From assembly GCA_050298595.1 (NCBI GenBank), contig JBNKUM010000062.1:1-64000 (forward strand): a stretch of 64,000 bases of DNA, read 5' to 3'. Position 1 is the first letter of the stretch. Each line of letters opens with the position of its first letter. This DNA comes from Gammaproteobacteria bacterium (lineage in GTDB: Bacteria > Pseudomonadota > Gammaproteobacteria > GCA-001735895). Positions 51,178 through 61,900 of this stretch are shown one piece after another. The notes under the pieces are model-generated. The model ran no database searches. It saw nothing but the letters and a program-made list of their open reading frames with translations, and was not told where the DNA came from. A program made the translations under genes and the position numbers.

Positions 51178-53547
51178 ATGAAAATAAGTGAAAATTGGCT
51201 GAGAGAATGGGCTAATCCAGAATTAACCAGTGCACAGCTGGTCGCTCAATTGACTATGGCTGGGCTGGAAGTTGATTCAGTAGAAGCAGCGGCTCCAGAC
51301 CTTGATAAAGTGGTTGTCGCTGAAGTCCTAAGCTGTACCCAACATCCTGATGCAGATCGTTTAAATTTGTGCACCGTAAATGACGGTACAGGGGAGCCTG
51401 TGCAGGTTGTGTGTGGTGCGAAAAATGTTAAGCAAGGTTTGAAAGTTGTATTTGCACAGGTGGGCGCTGAACTACCTGGCTTTAAAATCAAGAAAGCTAA
51501 GCTACGTGGTGTCGAATCCAACGGCATGATTTGTTCTGAATCTGAATTGAAGCTAGCTGAGTCATCTGAAGGGATTCTGATACTGCCTGATGATGCTCCT
51601 GTCGGAACTTCTATCGTCAATTACCTTGGGCTTGATGATACGCTGATCGAAATCGATCTAACGCCTAATCGAGGTGATTGTTTAAGTGTCGCCGGTATTG
51701 CGAGGGAAGTGGTTGCAAATAATGGTGTACCTATAACGCCCCCTGAAGATCATAAGGTAGCCGATAGTATTCAGGACACTTTCTCTGTCGAGCTGATAAA
51801 TGCAGAAGCCTGTCCTCATTATGTTGGACGAATCATCCGTGGTGTAAAAGCTGATGCCGAATCACCCTTATGGATGAAAGAAAAGCTGAGACGTTGTGGA
51901 CTACGTTCTATTAGTCCAGTGGTCGATGTAACCAATTACGTGATGATGGAACTTGGTCAGCCGATGCATGGCTTTGACCTGAACAAGCTCAGTGGTGGTA
52001 TTCGAGTGCGTAATGCTCATGCCGGAGAAAAAATTGAGCTACTTGATGGTTCTGAAGTTGAATGTCGAGATGATACTCTGGTAATAGCGGATCATGAAAA
52101 AGCAGTTGCCCTGGCTGGAATCATGGGTGGGCAGGGTTCATCTGTTCAAGATGATACTACTGATATTTTGCTGGAAGCTGCATTTTTCACCCCCAGACAT
52201 ATTGCTGGAAAGGCGCGTAGTTACGGTCTTCATACTGATTCCTCTCACCGTTTTGAGCGTGGTGTTGATCCTGAGCTTCAAGTAACAGCAATCCACCGTG
52301 CGAGTAAACTTTTAATCGAGATTGTTGGCGGAGAGGCGGGCCCTGTTTTCGAAAAATTAGCATCAGAGAATTTACCCATTAAACCGGATATTCTATTGCG
52401 ACATGCGCGTATTGAGCGTCTGCTGGGTATAAAGGTTAGCCAGCAACAGGTTGAGAAAATTCTTACAGGTCTGAATATTGAATCTACCCAGCAAGCTGAT
52501 GACTGGTTGGTTAAAGCACCAAGCTATCGCTTTGATATTAATATCGAAGTGGACCTGATAGAGGAAATAGGCCGCATTATTGGTTATGACAATATTCCTG
52601 GCACTCAGGAGGCTGTACACGCGAGAATGAGTTCTTTCTCTGAATCCAGAGTTGATGTTGATCGCATGCGCAACTTATTGGTTGATCGAGGCTATTACGA
52701 AGCAATTACCTACTCATTCGTTTCACCGGAAATTCAGGAAATTCTGCATCCAGAACAGGAAACGCTTTCACTCAGTAATCCAATCTCTTCAGATATGTCT
52801 GAAATGCGTACCCGGCTGCTACCTGGCCTTATTCAGGTTGCCAGGCATAATCTTAATAGACAGCAATCACGTATTAGACTGTTTGAAACAGGGTTGTGCT
52901 TTATACCTGAGGGTGAAGAACTGATTCAAAAACCTCATATTTCTGCAATCATATCGGGTAATAGTGAGGCGGAAAGCTGGACAGCCGAAAACAAAGCAGT
53001 TGATTTTTATGATATTAAAGGTGATTTGCAGTCTCTGATGCAAATGGCCAATGCACAGGAATTTGAGTTTAGGAAAACTCAAAATCAAATCATGCATCCT
53101 GGTCAGGCGGCGGATATCTATTTTCAGGATGAGTTAGTTGGATTTGTTGGCGCCTTGCATCCAGCTGTATTGAAAGCACTGGATATAGATCAAAAACTGT
53201 TTGTGTTTGAAATTGAATTAGAGGTGTTGCTGTCTCGTCGTGTGACTGAGTTCAAAGGTTTATCTAAATTCCCTTCTATCAGGCGTGATTTAGCTCTGAT
53301 GGTAGACGAAAACGTGACGGCTCAAGAGTTGATTGATACGATATATTCTTTAAAGTCCAAAATAATCCATGACGTTTTTGTATTTGATGTCTATACTGGT
53401 AACGAATTCATAAGTTTTCGAAAAAGTGTCGCTTTAGGCTTGATTTTACAGGACTTTTCACGCACTCTAATGGATCAGGATGTCGAGAAAACTGTTTCAG
53501 ATGTTCTGCATATTCTCGAAAAACAACATAATGCAGTCTTGAGGTAA
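51178..53547 (+). CDS. pheT: Phenylalanine--tRNA ligase beta
   Basis: HPDADRL, LTPNRGDCLS, RFERGVD, SKFPSIRRD. Confidence 0.98.
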   Translation: MKISENWLREWANPELTSAQLVAQLTMAGLEVDSVEAAAPDLDKVVVAEVLSCTQHPDADRLNLCTVNDGTGEPVQVVCGAKNVKQGLKVVFAQVGAELPGFKIKKAKLRGVESNGMICSESELKLAESSEGILILPDDAPVGTSIVNYLGLDDTLIEIDLTPNRGDCLSVAGIAREVVANNGVPITPPEDHKVADSIQDTFSVELINAEACPHYVGRIIRGVKADAESPLWMKEKLRRCGLRSISPVVDVTNYVMMELGQPMHGFDLNKLSGGIRVRNAHAGEKIELLDGSEVECRDDTLVIADHEKAVALAGIMGGQGSSVQDDTTDILLEAAFFTPRHIAGKARSYGLHTDSSHRFERGVDPELQVTAIHRASKLLIEIVGGEAGPVFEKLASENLPIKPDILLRHARIERLLGIKVSQQQVEKILTGLNIESTQQADDWLVKAPSYRFDINIEVDLIEEIGRIIGYDNIPGTQEAVHARMSSFSESRVDVDRMRNLLVDRGYYEAITYSFVSPEIQEILHPEQETLSLSNPISSDMSEMRTRLLPGLIQVARHNLNRQQSRIRLFETGLCFIPEGEELIQKPHISAIISGNSEAESWTAENKAVDFYDIKGDLQSLMQMANAQEFEFRKTQNQIMHPGQAADIYFQDELVGFVGALHPAVLKALDIDQKLFVFEIELEVLLSRRVTEFKGLSKFPSIRRDLALMVDENVTAQELIDTIYSLKSKIIHDVFVFDVYTGNEFISFRKSVALGLILQDFSRTLMDQDVEKTVSDVLHILEKQHNAVLR

Positions 53548-53554
53548 ATAATTC

Positions 53555-53851
53555 ATGTCTTTGACCAAAGCTGATATGGCCGAAATGCTGTTTGATGAAC
53601 TTGGTCTCAATAAACGCGAAGCCAAAGAGATCGTTGAACATTTTTTCGAAGAAGTTAAAGTGGCGCTGGAGACTGGGCATCAGGTAAAGCTTTCGGGGTT
53701 TGGAAATTTTCTAACTCGATCCAAAGCTGAACGACCAGGACGTAATCCAAAAACAGGCGAAGAGATTCCAATCTCAGCCCGTAAAGTTGTCACATTTCGG
53801 CCTGGACAAAAATTAAAAATCAGAGTTGAAGCATATGCTGGAAGCGAGTAA
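53555..53851 (+). CDS. ihfA: Integration host factor alpha
   Basis: [26 protein letters not shown]. Confidence 0.97.
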   Translation: MSLTKADMAEMLFDELGLNKREAKEIVEHFFEEVKVALETGHQVKLSGFGNFLTRSKAERPGRNPKTGEEIPISARKVVTFRPGQKLKIRVEAYAGSE

Positions 53852-54191
53852 CAATGATGAATTACCAGTTATCCCTGGTAAGCGTTACTTCACCATTGGT
53901 GAGGTCGCAGAACTATGTGATGTTAAACCACATGTTCTTCGTTATTGGGAGCAGGAATTTCCGCAACTTAAACCCGTAAAACGTCGAGGTAATCGCCGTT
54001 ATTATCAACGCCATGATGTATTGTTGATCCGTCAGATACGTTCTTTATTATACGATGAAGGATTTACTATAGGCGGAGCACGACAAAGGCTTGAAGGTGT
54101 TGATGCAAAAGAAGATAATAACCAAAGTCAGCAAATCATTAAACAAACTCTGATTGAACTGGAAGAATTACTCCACATTCTTAAGCGGTAG
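53826..54191 (+). CDS. MerR-family regulator (ihfA-linked)
   Basis: [19 protein letters not shown]; conserved position after ihfA. Confidence 0.92.
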   Translation: MKHMLEASNNDELPVIPGKRYFTIGEVAELCDVKPHVLRYWEQEFPQLKPVKRRGNRRYYQRHDVLLIRQIRSLLYDEGFTIGGARQRLEGVDAKEDNNQSQQIIKQTLIELEELLHILKR

Positions 54192-54216
54192 TTCGGTTAA
54201 AAACCAATCATATATT

Positions 54217-54293
<77 letters not shown>

Positions 54294-54503
54294 TTTTCAA
54301 ACTCTCGCTATTGCAGAGTTCTCTTTGGGGACCGAAGCATAGGCGAGAGGTTTTGAACCGAAAGAGGTTCATAAAATCGCCGCCTGAACATACTGATAAT
54401 CAATCATGATAAGACTAATAGATTTGAGTCCGTGGCTTCATTGTAAACTTCAAACCCATTCTGTCCACCTTGATAAACCATTTTGTGTGAAGAGGCAGCC
54501 CTG

Positions 54504-56321
54504 ATGTGTGGAATTGCGGGCGCTTTTCTGCGTGAAGGTATGGTATCTCCTGACTCGATAAAGCGAGCGACACAATCGCTGAATCATCGTGGTCCAGATG
54601 GATCTGGAACATTCCACGAGAATGGATTGGCACTATTGCATACGCGTCTTTCTATTATTGATCTGGAAGGAGGTAGCCAGCCGCTATTCTCGGAAGATGA
54701 AGCTCTATGTCTTGTCGCTAATGGTGAAGTTTATAACTATCTTGAGTTACGCCAGCAACTGCAAAGCCTGGGCTACTGTTTCACAACTCATTCGGATTGT
54801 GAGCCTATCATAGCTGCTTATCAGCAGTATGGTGAAGCATGCCTGGCTAGACTTCAGGGAATGTATGCTTTCGCATTATATGATCGAAAAAAGAAACAAT
54901 TGCTAATAGTTAGAGATCGTTTGGGTATTAAGCCTTTATTTCTGCAACAAGATGCAAAAGGTGTATTTTTTGCCTCAGAGATTAAGGCATTACTGGCTAT
55001 TAATGAACAATCAGCACAGGTCAACCCTGCCGGCCTGGTTCAATTTATGCAAAATAATTTTACTACTCAGGAAACAACACTTTACCAGGGTATACAGAGA
55101 GTGTTACCTGGTGAAGCGGTTTTGATTGAAAAAGGTCGTATCGTAAAACGATATCGTTACTGGAAACCAGATCATGTTGCTCCTGTTAGATCTAGTGAAT
55201 TTGATTTACAGCAACAGTTTAGTGAACTGATGGAGCAGGTGATGAAAATTCATCTACGTTCCGATGTGCCTTTTGGCCTGTTCCTCTCAGGTGGCGTTGA
55301 TTCCGCAGTTTTACTGGCGATGCTGGATAAATATGTAGATGGACCTGTTTCTACTTACTCAGTTGGTTTTCCAGGAGCAAGCGTGACCAATGAGTTGACT
55401 GCAGCCAACGCGATAGCCAAACGATACAATACTCAACATACCGTACTCGAACTTCATGAGAATGAGCTTCTGCAATCTCTACCGCATGCAATCTGGTCAG
55501 CAGATGAGCTGATGGGGGATTATGCCAATCTACCGGTTTCCTTGTTGGCACAGCGAGCCTCACAGGATTTGAAAGTAGTCTTTTCTGGAGAAGGGGGTGA
55601 TGAAGTTTTCGCAGGATATGCACGCTACCGTATGCCAGCAATCAAGCGTTTACTGAAACAGTTGCGCTATCCAGGCTCTGGCGGCTTTCGCATGAGCAAA
55701 ACCCTGAAATCGGGTTGGGAAAACCAGCTTTATACTAAACCCTTACTGGAAAAACATGCTGCCTGGTCAGAGCCATTTATATCCTGTTGGCAAGAGTTAC
55801 CGAAAGATTGGCCTGTTATGTCGCGTATGCAAGCTGTTGATATGCAGACATGGCTAGTAGATGATTTACTGGTCAAGGCAGATAGAATGCTAATGGCATG
55901 GGGAATGGAGGGGAGAGTGCCATTTCTGGATCATCGCATCGTTGAGTTTGGTTTGAGTTTACCTGCAGATATGAAGATGCAGGGTAAAAATGGTAAAGCC
56001 TTTCTAAAACATTGGGCACTACAATATCTGCCTAAAGAACATTTGTGGGGTAAAAAGCGTGGGTTCACTGTACCAGTGCATGACTGGTTATCTGGACCTT
56101 TGCTTCATGATCTTGCCAGGGTGCTGCCAGACAATACGGGTATAAAATCCTGGTTTAATCCTAAAGCACTGGACGCATTAATAAAGCGTCAGCAGATAAA
56201 AGGGGATATGACACAACCAATCTGGCGACTATGGCAATTTGCTATCTGGCATAACATTTTTATCGAAGGTGATGGAAGTATGCCAGCAACGAATACCGAC
56301 CCAATAGAAATCATTCAATAG
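54504..56321 (+). CDS. asnB: Asparagine synthase (glutamine-hydrolysing) family amidotransferase
   Basis: MCGIAG start, HRGPD, RDRLGIKPL, LSGGVDS, SGEGGDE, RVPFLDH. Confidence 0.92.
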   Translation: MCGIAGAFLREGMVSPDSIKRATQSLNHRGPDGSGTFHENGLALLHTRLSIIDLEGGSQPLFSEDEALCLVANGEVYNYLELRQQLQSLGYCFTTHSDCEPIIAAYQQYGEACLARLQGMYAFALYDRKKKQLLIVRDRLGIKPLFLQQDAKGVFFASEIKALLAINEQSAQVNPAGLVQFMQNNFTTQETTLYQGIQRVLPGEAVLIEKGRIVKRYRYWKPDHVAPVRSSEFDLQQQFSELMEQVMKIHLRSDVPFGLFLSGGVDSAVLLAMLDKYVDGPVSTYSVGFPGASVTNELTAANAIAKRYNTQHTVLELHENELLQSLPHAIWSADELMGDYANLPVSLLAQRASQDLKVVFSGEGGDEVFAGYARYRMPAIKRLLKQLRYPGSGGFRMSKTLKSGWENQLYTKPLLEKHAAWSEPFISCWQELPKDWPVMSRMQAVDMQTWLVDDLLVKADRMLMAWGMEGRVPFLDHRIVEFGLSLPADMKMQGKNGKAFLKHWALQYLPKEHLWGKKRGFTVPVHDWLSGPLLHDLARVLPDNTGIKSWFNPKALDALIKRQQIKGDMTQPIWRLWQFAIWHNIFIEGDGSMPATNTDPIEIIQ

Positions 56322-56328
56322 AATAACT

Positions 56329-57393
56329 ATGACGAAATCCATACATATTATTGGTAGTCGGACGCTGGGGGGAGCTGAAAGTTTTTATATGCGTCTGATC
56401 AAAGCGTTACAACAATCAGGTGACCAAAGCCTCGCAATTAATCGACCAAATAGCCTGGTTGCGAAAGAGCTTTCAGGCAGTGTTCCTCAATATCATTGCA
56501 AGATGAGAAGCCAGTGGGATTTTTTATCACGCATGGCAATCAGCAGGGTCATCAAGCAGGAGAAGCCAGACATCGTACAAACCTATATGACTCGGGCAAC
56601 CGTACTCACTCATGTCCCGCAAGGTAAAGGCCCTGTGCATATCGCTAGACTGGGTGGCTATTACAATATTAAAAGGTTTCAACACGCTCATGCCTGGGTT
56701 GGCAATACCAAAGGGATTTGTGATTATCTTGTTGAGCATGGATTGCCTTCGAGTAAGGTTTTTTATATTGGAAATTTTGTGGGTGAAATACAACCAGAGG
56801 ATCAGAGTAAAATCCTCTCGAAGCGTCAACAATTTGGCATTGAAACTGATGCTCTGGTAATTTTTACGTTGGGAAGATTGGTATATAAAAAAGGTTTTGA
56901 TACGCTGATTCATGCTTTCGACCAATTACCCAGCGAGATTAATGCTCGCCCATTACATTTGATCATTGCTGGTGATGGACCTGTGTCTGAAGATTTACAC
57001 TCAAATGTCCAAAAATTGACGAGTCGAAACAGAATTCACTGGACTGGATGGCAAACTGATGCGAGTGATTATTTTCATATGGCAGATTTGTTTGTCTGTC
57101 CTTCACGTGAAGAGCCATTAGGCAATGTTATTCTCGAAGGCTGGGCTTATGGTAAGGCTGTAGTCTCAACCAGGAGTATGGGTGGAATAGAATTAATTAC
57201 CGATAATCAGGATGGATTATTAGTCCCCATTGATCAACCGGATGAGATGGCAAAAGCAATAAAAAGAGTGCTGGAGGATGATTCTTTTCGAGAGTCTATC
57301 GCCCAGCAAGGAACGGCTAGAGTAAACAGCCAATTTACTCAGCAAGTCATCGTATCGCAATATCAGGATTTGTATCAGCAGTTACTGAGTTAA
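56329..57393 (+). CDS. Glycosyltransferase family 4
   Basis: GGAE, GRLVYKKGFD, PSREEPLGNVILE. Confidence 0.92.
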   Translation: MTKSIHIIGSRTLGGAESFYMRLIKALQQSGDQSLAINRPNSLVAKELSGSVPQYHCKMRSQWDFLSRMAISRVIKQEKPDIVQTYMTRATVLTHVPQGKGPVHIARLGGYYNIKRFQHAHAWVGNTKGICDYLVEHGLPSSKVFYIGNFVGEIQPEDQSKILSKRQQFGIETDALVIFTLGRLVYKKGFDTLIHAFDQLPSEINARPLHLIIAGDGPVSEDLHSNVQKLTSRNRIHWTGWQTDASDYFHMADLFVCPSREEPLGNVILEGWAYGKAVVSTRSMGGIELITDNQDGLLVPIDQPDEMAKAIKRVLEDDSFRESIAQQGTARVNSQFTQQVIVSQYQDLYQQLLS

Positions 57394-57593
57394 TTCATTA
57401 GTGTTTCAGAAGCCGATCAACTAGAAGATAAACAGCTAAAGATTTACCTGTTTCTGGTAAACGTTGGATCGTCGTCTGGTATCAATGATGAGGGTATCGG
57501 CACTAAGAAGTAAATTATTTCAACTTGATTAATTAACCTATGTTAATTATTATTTACTGGCTTAATCTACTTAAGTTGATGGATTTGTTTTTT

Positions 57594-57621
57594 ACCGTAG
57601 TGCTTGCACTACGGTTTTTTT
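57594..57621 (+). terminator. Intrinsic terminator
   Basis: ACCGTAGTGC-TT-GCACTACGGT plus T-run. Confidence 0.75.
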
Positions 57622-57904
57622 ATCCGTAAAGGATAAAAGCAAGTGCAATGGATGCTAGTAAGCCCAGAATTATGATGATCCAGTCCGAGGAAGAGTAGGA
57701 GTTATTGGTGGTTACTTCTCCAGTATCCTGATGGATTTTCATAAAATTGCTTAGTTCCTCATGTGTCACACTTCCCTGTGAAGCAAGTTTTTTTAATATC
57801 TGAGACCTTACTTCCAGATATTGGGCTCGGGTTAATAAGCCATTGCTGTAATTTTTGACAAGCAGACGTAATGGGCTGGTTGTGTTTTCAGGTTCCTGAT
57901 CCAT
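57620..57904 (-). CDS. Small protein with SHOCT-like helix pair and C-terminal TM
   Basis: LRLLVKNYSNGLLTRAQYLEVR; C-terminal hydrophobic helix; 1 bp from the kinase stop. Confidence 0.75.
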   Translation of the reverse strand: MDQEPENTTSPLRLLVKNYSNGLLTRAQYLEVRSQILKKLASQGSVTHEELSNFMKIHQDTGEVTTNNSYSSSDWIIIILGLLASIALAFILYG

Positions 57905-57905
57905 A

Positions 57906-59927
57906 TCAATTGCTGTTCTGTGCGTTGATCTGCTTGTTCAGGCTCTGCAGGCGTGGATGATCAGGGAAGAATCTAAGACCTGTCTGTATGTACTCGGTTG
58001 CCTTGATAAAATCACTTTTTGCCAGACTTCTTTCGGCTTCTGACAGGTATAGCTCCGCAAGTTTCGGGTCTTTCAGTAGATAATGTTTGGGGTCTACTCG
58101 TTTCAGCAAAAGCAGTACCGTGGTCAAATCCTCACCGCTTTCAGATTTGATTAATTGTTTATTCTTAACATAAAGGTTATACAGGGAAATCAGGCTGCTC
58201 ATCAGACGGTCTTTCTGTTCCTTGATATTGTCCTCAATAGTCGATAGAGCAACCGAGTCGGGATAATGATGTTTTGCCTGGGAAAGCAAGTTGAGTGCCT
58301 GAGGATAATCGTACAAACCTTCCTTAGGTCTAAATACAGTATTTATTCTATCCCGATAAAAGGTAATGATCTCGCGTCTGAGGCCTACTGATAAAATCTG
58401 TTGATGCTCTGGGCTCATCTGCTCAAGGCCCCAGATAGTTTCTATCATTAATGCTTTGTCACCATTTTGGATGCGTTCAATCTTTTCGTAAATAGATTGT
58501 TCATCGCGAAATGCCATAATTGGTTCGTATCCAGCACCCGCACCGATGATAGCGAGAAATAATGCACCCAGTATGATTTGTGTGCTATGTGACTTTCTTT
58601 GGCGAATACCTTCCTGAAATTTCGCTACTGAAGGGGTTCTATCTTCTCTATTCACGGATAGAGCTTTCACCAGAGTGCGCTGCTGGCGTCGATCCAGACC
58701 TTTAACCGGTTTAGGCTTTATACCAAGCTCCTTAATCTTGGGGGATGCGACTTTATTGTAAGGGTGCTTTCCTCCTGCAAGTAATTGATAGGCAACACAG
58801 GCTAAACCATAGATATCATCGCGCGGATCGGGACTCATACCGGCAAACATTTCAGGTGTTGCGTAGGCTGGGGTTACTGCACTCAGTTTGCCGGGGTCAA
58901 ACATGGTTTGCTCTTTTTCTTCTCCGGCAATAGTGCCAGCGCGTGCGATACCAAAATCTAGTAATTTGACACTACCATCATTGAGTAAAAAGCAGTTACC
59001 AGGTTTGAAATCTGAATGGATCAGGTTTTTCTCGTGTGCATAAGCCAGGCCCAGGCAAAGCTGGTCAATAATATGTAGTGCCTGTTCTGTTTTCAGGGGT
59101 TTCTTGGTGAGATCCTTAATCAGCCGATTTAAGGGCTTACCCTGCAAATATTCCATCGTCATAAAGACGGTATCACCATCACGGTCAAAATCATAAACTG
59201 TAGCAATATTGGGGTGCGCAAGACGTTGTGCCTTACTTGCTTCACGTTGTAGCGCTATAAACGAACCTGAGTACTTTTTAAATGCATCGGTTAATACCTT
59301 TATTGCTACATAGGGATCCTTGTCTTTGGCTTCTACTTTGAGCAGATCTTTAGCCTTGAAGACGACACCCATACCACCCTGACCAAGTCTTTCGAGTAAA
59401 ACGAAACGATTTTTTAAAGTGACCCCTGGCCCCAGGTTTTCATGTTTGACAGATGTTTGAGGGTAAGTTGGAGATGTATTCGTTGGGTGACTATTCGATA
59501 TGTCTGTATCGATACTGAAATCGCCACTGATATCCAGGGTTTCCGCATGGGGAGTTCGGCTCACGGGCATTGCGGTATCGGTCCGTATTATCACGGTTTG
59601 ATCAGCTCTAGCGTCACTTTCTACATAGGCATCTGGAACATCGGTTAGATGCAGTGTTTTATCTTCGTTAAAGTAGGATAAGTCGGTAGATGCCTGACTG
59701 CTGGTTAATGTAGCCTGTATACTTAACTGCGATACGGTTTCTGACAGAAACTTGAATTGTTCATCATTAATTCTATTCTGGGTGTAAAGCTGCTTGAGAT
59801 AGATAAGAGTTTGGGGACTACTACTATGAGAAGCATGGAAAATGGATGTCAGACCTTCTTCCATGTCTTTACGACTCAATGTACCTGACAGAAAGTCACT
59901 AATGATTGATTCACAAATTTCAGACAT
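57906..59927 (-). CDS. Membrane Hanks-type Ser/Thr protein kinase
   Basis: LGQGGMGVV, VAIK, HSDFKPGN, DFGIA, YATPE; TM then a C-terminal TPR-like region. Confidence 0.93.
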   Translation of the reverse strand: MSEICESIISDFLSGTLSRKDMEEGLTSIFHASHSSSPQTLIYLKQLYTQNRINDEQFKFLSETVSQLSIQATLTSSQASTDLSYFNEDKTLHLTDVPDAYVESDARADQTVIIRTDTAMPVSRTPHAETLDISGDFSIDTDISNSHPTNTSPTYPQTSVKHENLGPGVTLKNRFVLLERLGQGGMGVVFKAKDLLKVEAKDKDPYVAIKVLTDAFKKYSGSFIALQREASKAQRLAHPNIATVYDFDRDGDTVFMTMEYLQGKPLNRLIKDLTKKPLKTEQALHIIDQLCLGLAYAHEKNLIHSDFKPGNCFLLNDGSVKLLDFGIARAGTIAGEEKEQTMFDPGKLSAVTPAYATPEMFAGMSPDPRDDIYGLACVAYQLLAGGKHPYNKVASPKIKELGIKPKPVKGLDRRQQRTLVKALSVNREDRTPSVAKFQEGIRQRKSHSTQIILGALFLAIIGAGAGYEPIMAFRDEQSIYEKIERIQNGDKALMIETIWGLEQMSPEHQQILSVGLRREIITFYRDRINTVFRPKEGLYDYPQALNLLSQAKHHYPDSVALSTIEDNIKEQKDRLMSSLISLYNLYVKNKQLIKSESGEDLTTVLLLLKRVDPKHYLLKDPKLAELYLSEAERSLAKSDFIKATEYIQTGLRFFPDHPRLQSLNKQINAQNSN

Positions 59928-60741
59928 CTTTTTCTTCGATCTTCGCTTTTACCAGCACTACCGTGCAATTATCACTGCCACCCATCTCCAGCGCAGCATC
60001 TATCAATTGTTGATTAGTTTGTTCAAGAGTTGATTCTTCATTATCCAGAATCTGAATAATTTTTTCATCGCTTAAATCTTTATAAAGGCCATCTGAACAC
60101 AGCAAAAATAGATCATTGTCGTAAATTTCATAATAATCCATATCGACGATAAGCTCAGCTGCGATTCCTACAGCATTTAAAACCACATTTGCTGCAGGGT
60201 GAGATTCCGCCTGCGAAGCATCAATCTTACCCATCCTGACCAGTTCTTCAACAAAACTATGATCTTCTGTTAAACGTTGAAGCTTTTTATCACGATATCG
60301 ATAAACTCTACTATCACCTGCCCAAAGTACAAATACCAGGTTTTTCCAGTTGAACATACAGGCAACTGTGCTACCAATGGTGGACTGTTTGCCGAGCTTG
60401 AGTGCTTTTTGCTGAACCAGTTCATTACTGTGTATCAGATTTTCTTCCAGTAGCAGGATTGAAGCAGCTAGCGTGGGTTGTTTAATAAATTTATTTGCTT
60501 GCTGGGTAATAGTTGAACTGGCGAAGTCACCAGAGTCATGACCGCCCATACCATCAGCAACAATCCACAGGTTCTGTTCGGGAAGGCAGGTAAAGCTATC
60601 CTCGTTACGCGTTCTGACTAACCCGGTGTGAGTTAGGCCAGAATACGAAAAGTTAAAAAATGCTCGTTCTGGTGATTTGGTATTATAGAGTGACAAATTT
60701 CGCCCGGATTTTTTTAGAGTATTCTGTGCAGATGTTATCAT
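59920..60741 (-). CDS. PP2C-family Ser/Thr phosphatase
   Basis: RNED, VADGMGGH, GDSRVY, LCSDGL, DNCT. Confidence 0.95.
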   Translation of the reverse strand: MITSAQNTLKKSGRNLSLYNTKSPERAFFNFSYSGLTHTGLVRTRNEDSFTCLPEQNLWIVADGMGGHDSGDFASSTITQQANKFIKQPTLAASILLLEENLIHSNELVQQKALKLGKQSTIGSTVACMFNWKNLVFVLWAGDSRVYRYRDKKLQRLTEDHSFVEELVRMGKIDASQAESHPAANVVLNAVGIAAELIVDMDYYEIYDNDLFLLCSDGLYKDLSDEKIIQILDNEESTLEQTNQQLIDAALEMGGSDNCTVVLVKAKIEEKDV

Positions 60742-60844
60742 GCCTGATCTGAAAACGAGTTAAAAAATAGTGAGATTTTTTAAATGAATGTAATGTTGGT
60801 GCTAACTATAATCAGCAAAAAAACCTATCAATCTCGGAGGCCTT

Positions 60845-61543
60845 ATGAAATCTGTAGTATCTATTGCCGGGCTGGCATTGATAGCAACTACGTCTGCGCA
60901 AGCTTTTGATATTGGTGTTGGAGTGAAAGCGGGTACGCTTGGGGGAGGGGGTGAGTTGAGATTGACGCTTACGCAAACCATTAATTCACGTCTATCCTTG
61001 ACCAGTGGGAATGCTGGCTATAATGTAACTTTAGGAATCGATGATGGTGATACTGTTGCAACAATAGATGCAACTTTAGATCTGGATTTTGGTACAAGCG
61101 CACTGTTTATTGACTGGCATGTTTTCGATGGAGTGTTCTATGTTACGACCGGATTGATAAAAAATAGTAACACAATTAATTTAGTGGGAAGCTTAACCGA
61201 TTCGTCAATTACTCTAAATGGTCACCCCTATTCTGTTACCGACTTTGTTGACCCAACTATATCAGGAAAAATCAGTATGGGATCTTCATTTCAAACTTAT
61301 CTTGGCATAGGTTGGGGTAGAAATGCTGATGATGATCCTGGACTGTCCGTGTCACTGGATCTGGGAATCGTGCTGATGGATCCCAGCATCGATTTAACGG
61401 CCCCAACAGTTACGAAAAGATCTGGACTTGATCAGGCCGTTATCGATCAAGATGTTAATGCGGCCGAGTCATCTGCAAACAAACACCTTTCTGTTCTGGA
61501 TACCTGGCCAGTAGTTTTTGTCGGAATAAATTACGCATTCTGA
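60845..61543 (+). CDS. Outer-membrane beta-barrel protein
   Basis: Signal peptide, GTLGGG.E, YLGIGW, C-terminal GINYAF. Confidence 0.8.
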   Translation: MKSVVSIAGLALIATTSAQAFDIGVGVKAGTLGGGGELRLTLTQTINSRLSLTSGNAGYNVTLGIDDGDTVATIDATLDLDFGTSALFIDWHVFDGVFYVTTGLIKNSNTINLVGSLTDSSITLNGHPYSVTDFVDPTISGKISMGSSFQTYLGIGWGRNADDDPGLSVSLDLGIVLMDPSIDLTAPTVTKRSGLDQAVIDQDVNAAESSANKHLSVLDTWPVVFVGINYAF

Positions 61544-61606
61544 TTTATTTAAAAAAATGCTAATATTGCAGCTATTTTAATCAGCCGCTTTTTTTGAGTT
61601 TAAGAT

Positions 61607-61885
61607 ATGTCTAGATTGGTAATGTGTAGTGTTTTAAAGCGTGAAGCCCCAGCGCTGGATCGAGTTCCTTATCCTGGTGATTTAGGGCAGAGAATCTTTA
61701 ATTCCGTTTCTGCAGAAGGCTGGCAGCAATGGATAACACAGCAAACCATGATCATCAATGAAAATGGACTGTCGACCATGGATCCTACCAGTCTTCAATT
61801 ACTGGAAAAGCACATGCTCAGTTTTCTGTTTGAGGAAGGTGAACTGGCAAACCAACCTTTCAAACCACCTGCAGCGAAAAAGTAG
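61607..61885 (+). CDS. yggX: YggX-family Fe(II)-trafficking / oxidative damage protection protein
   Basis: VMCSVLK, PYPGDLGQRI, WQQW..QTMIINE. Confidence 0.88.
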   Translation: MSRLVMCSVLKREAPALDRVPYPGDLGQRIFNSVSAEGWQQWITQQTMIINENGLSTMDPTSLQLLEKHMLSFLFEEGELANQPFKPPAAKK

Positions 61886-61900
61886 TAAAAATACCCCGTT

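Noticed and set aside
57394-57593. Possible sRNA between the glycosyltransferase stop and the terminator
   Set aside because: Only weak complementarity and no recognisable family; cannot be supported.
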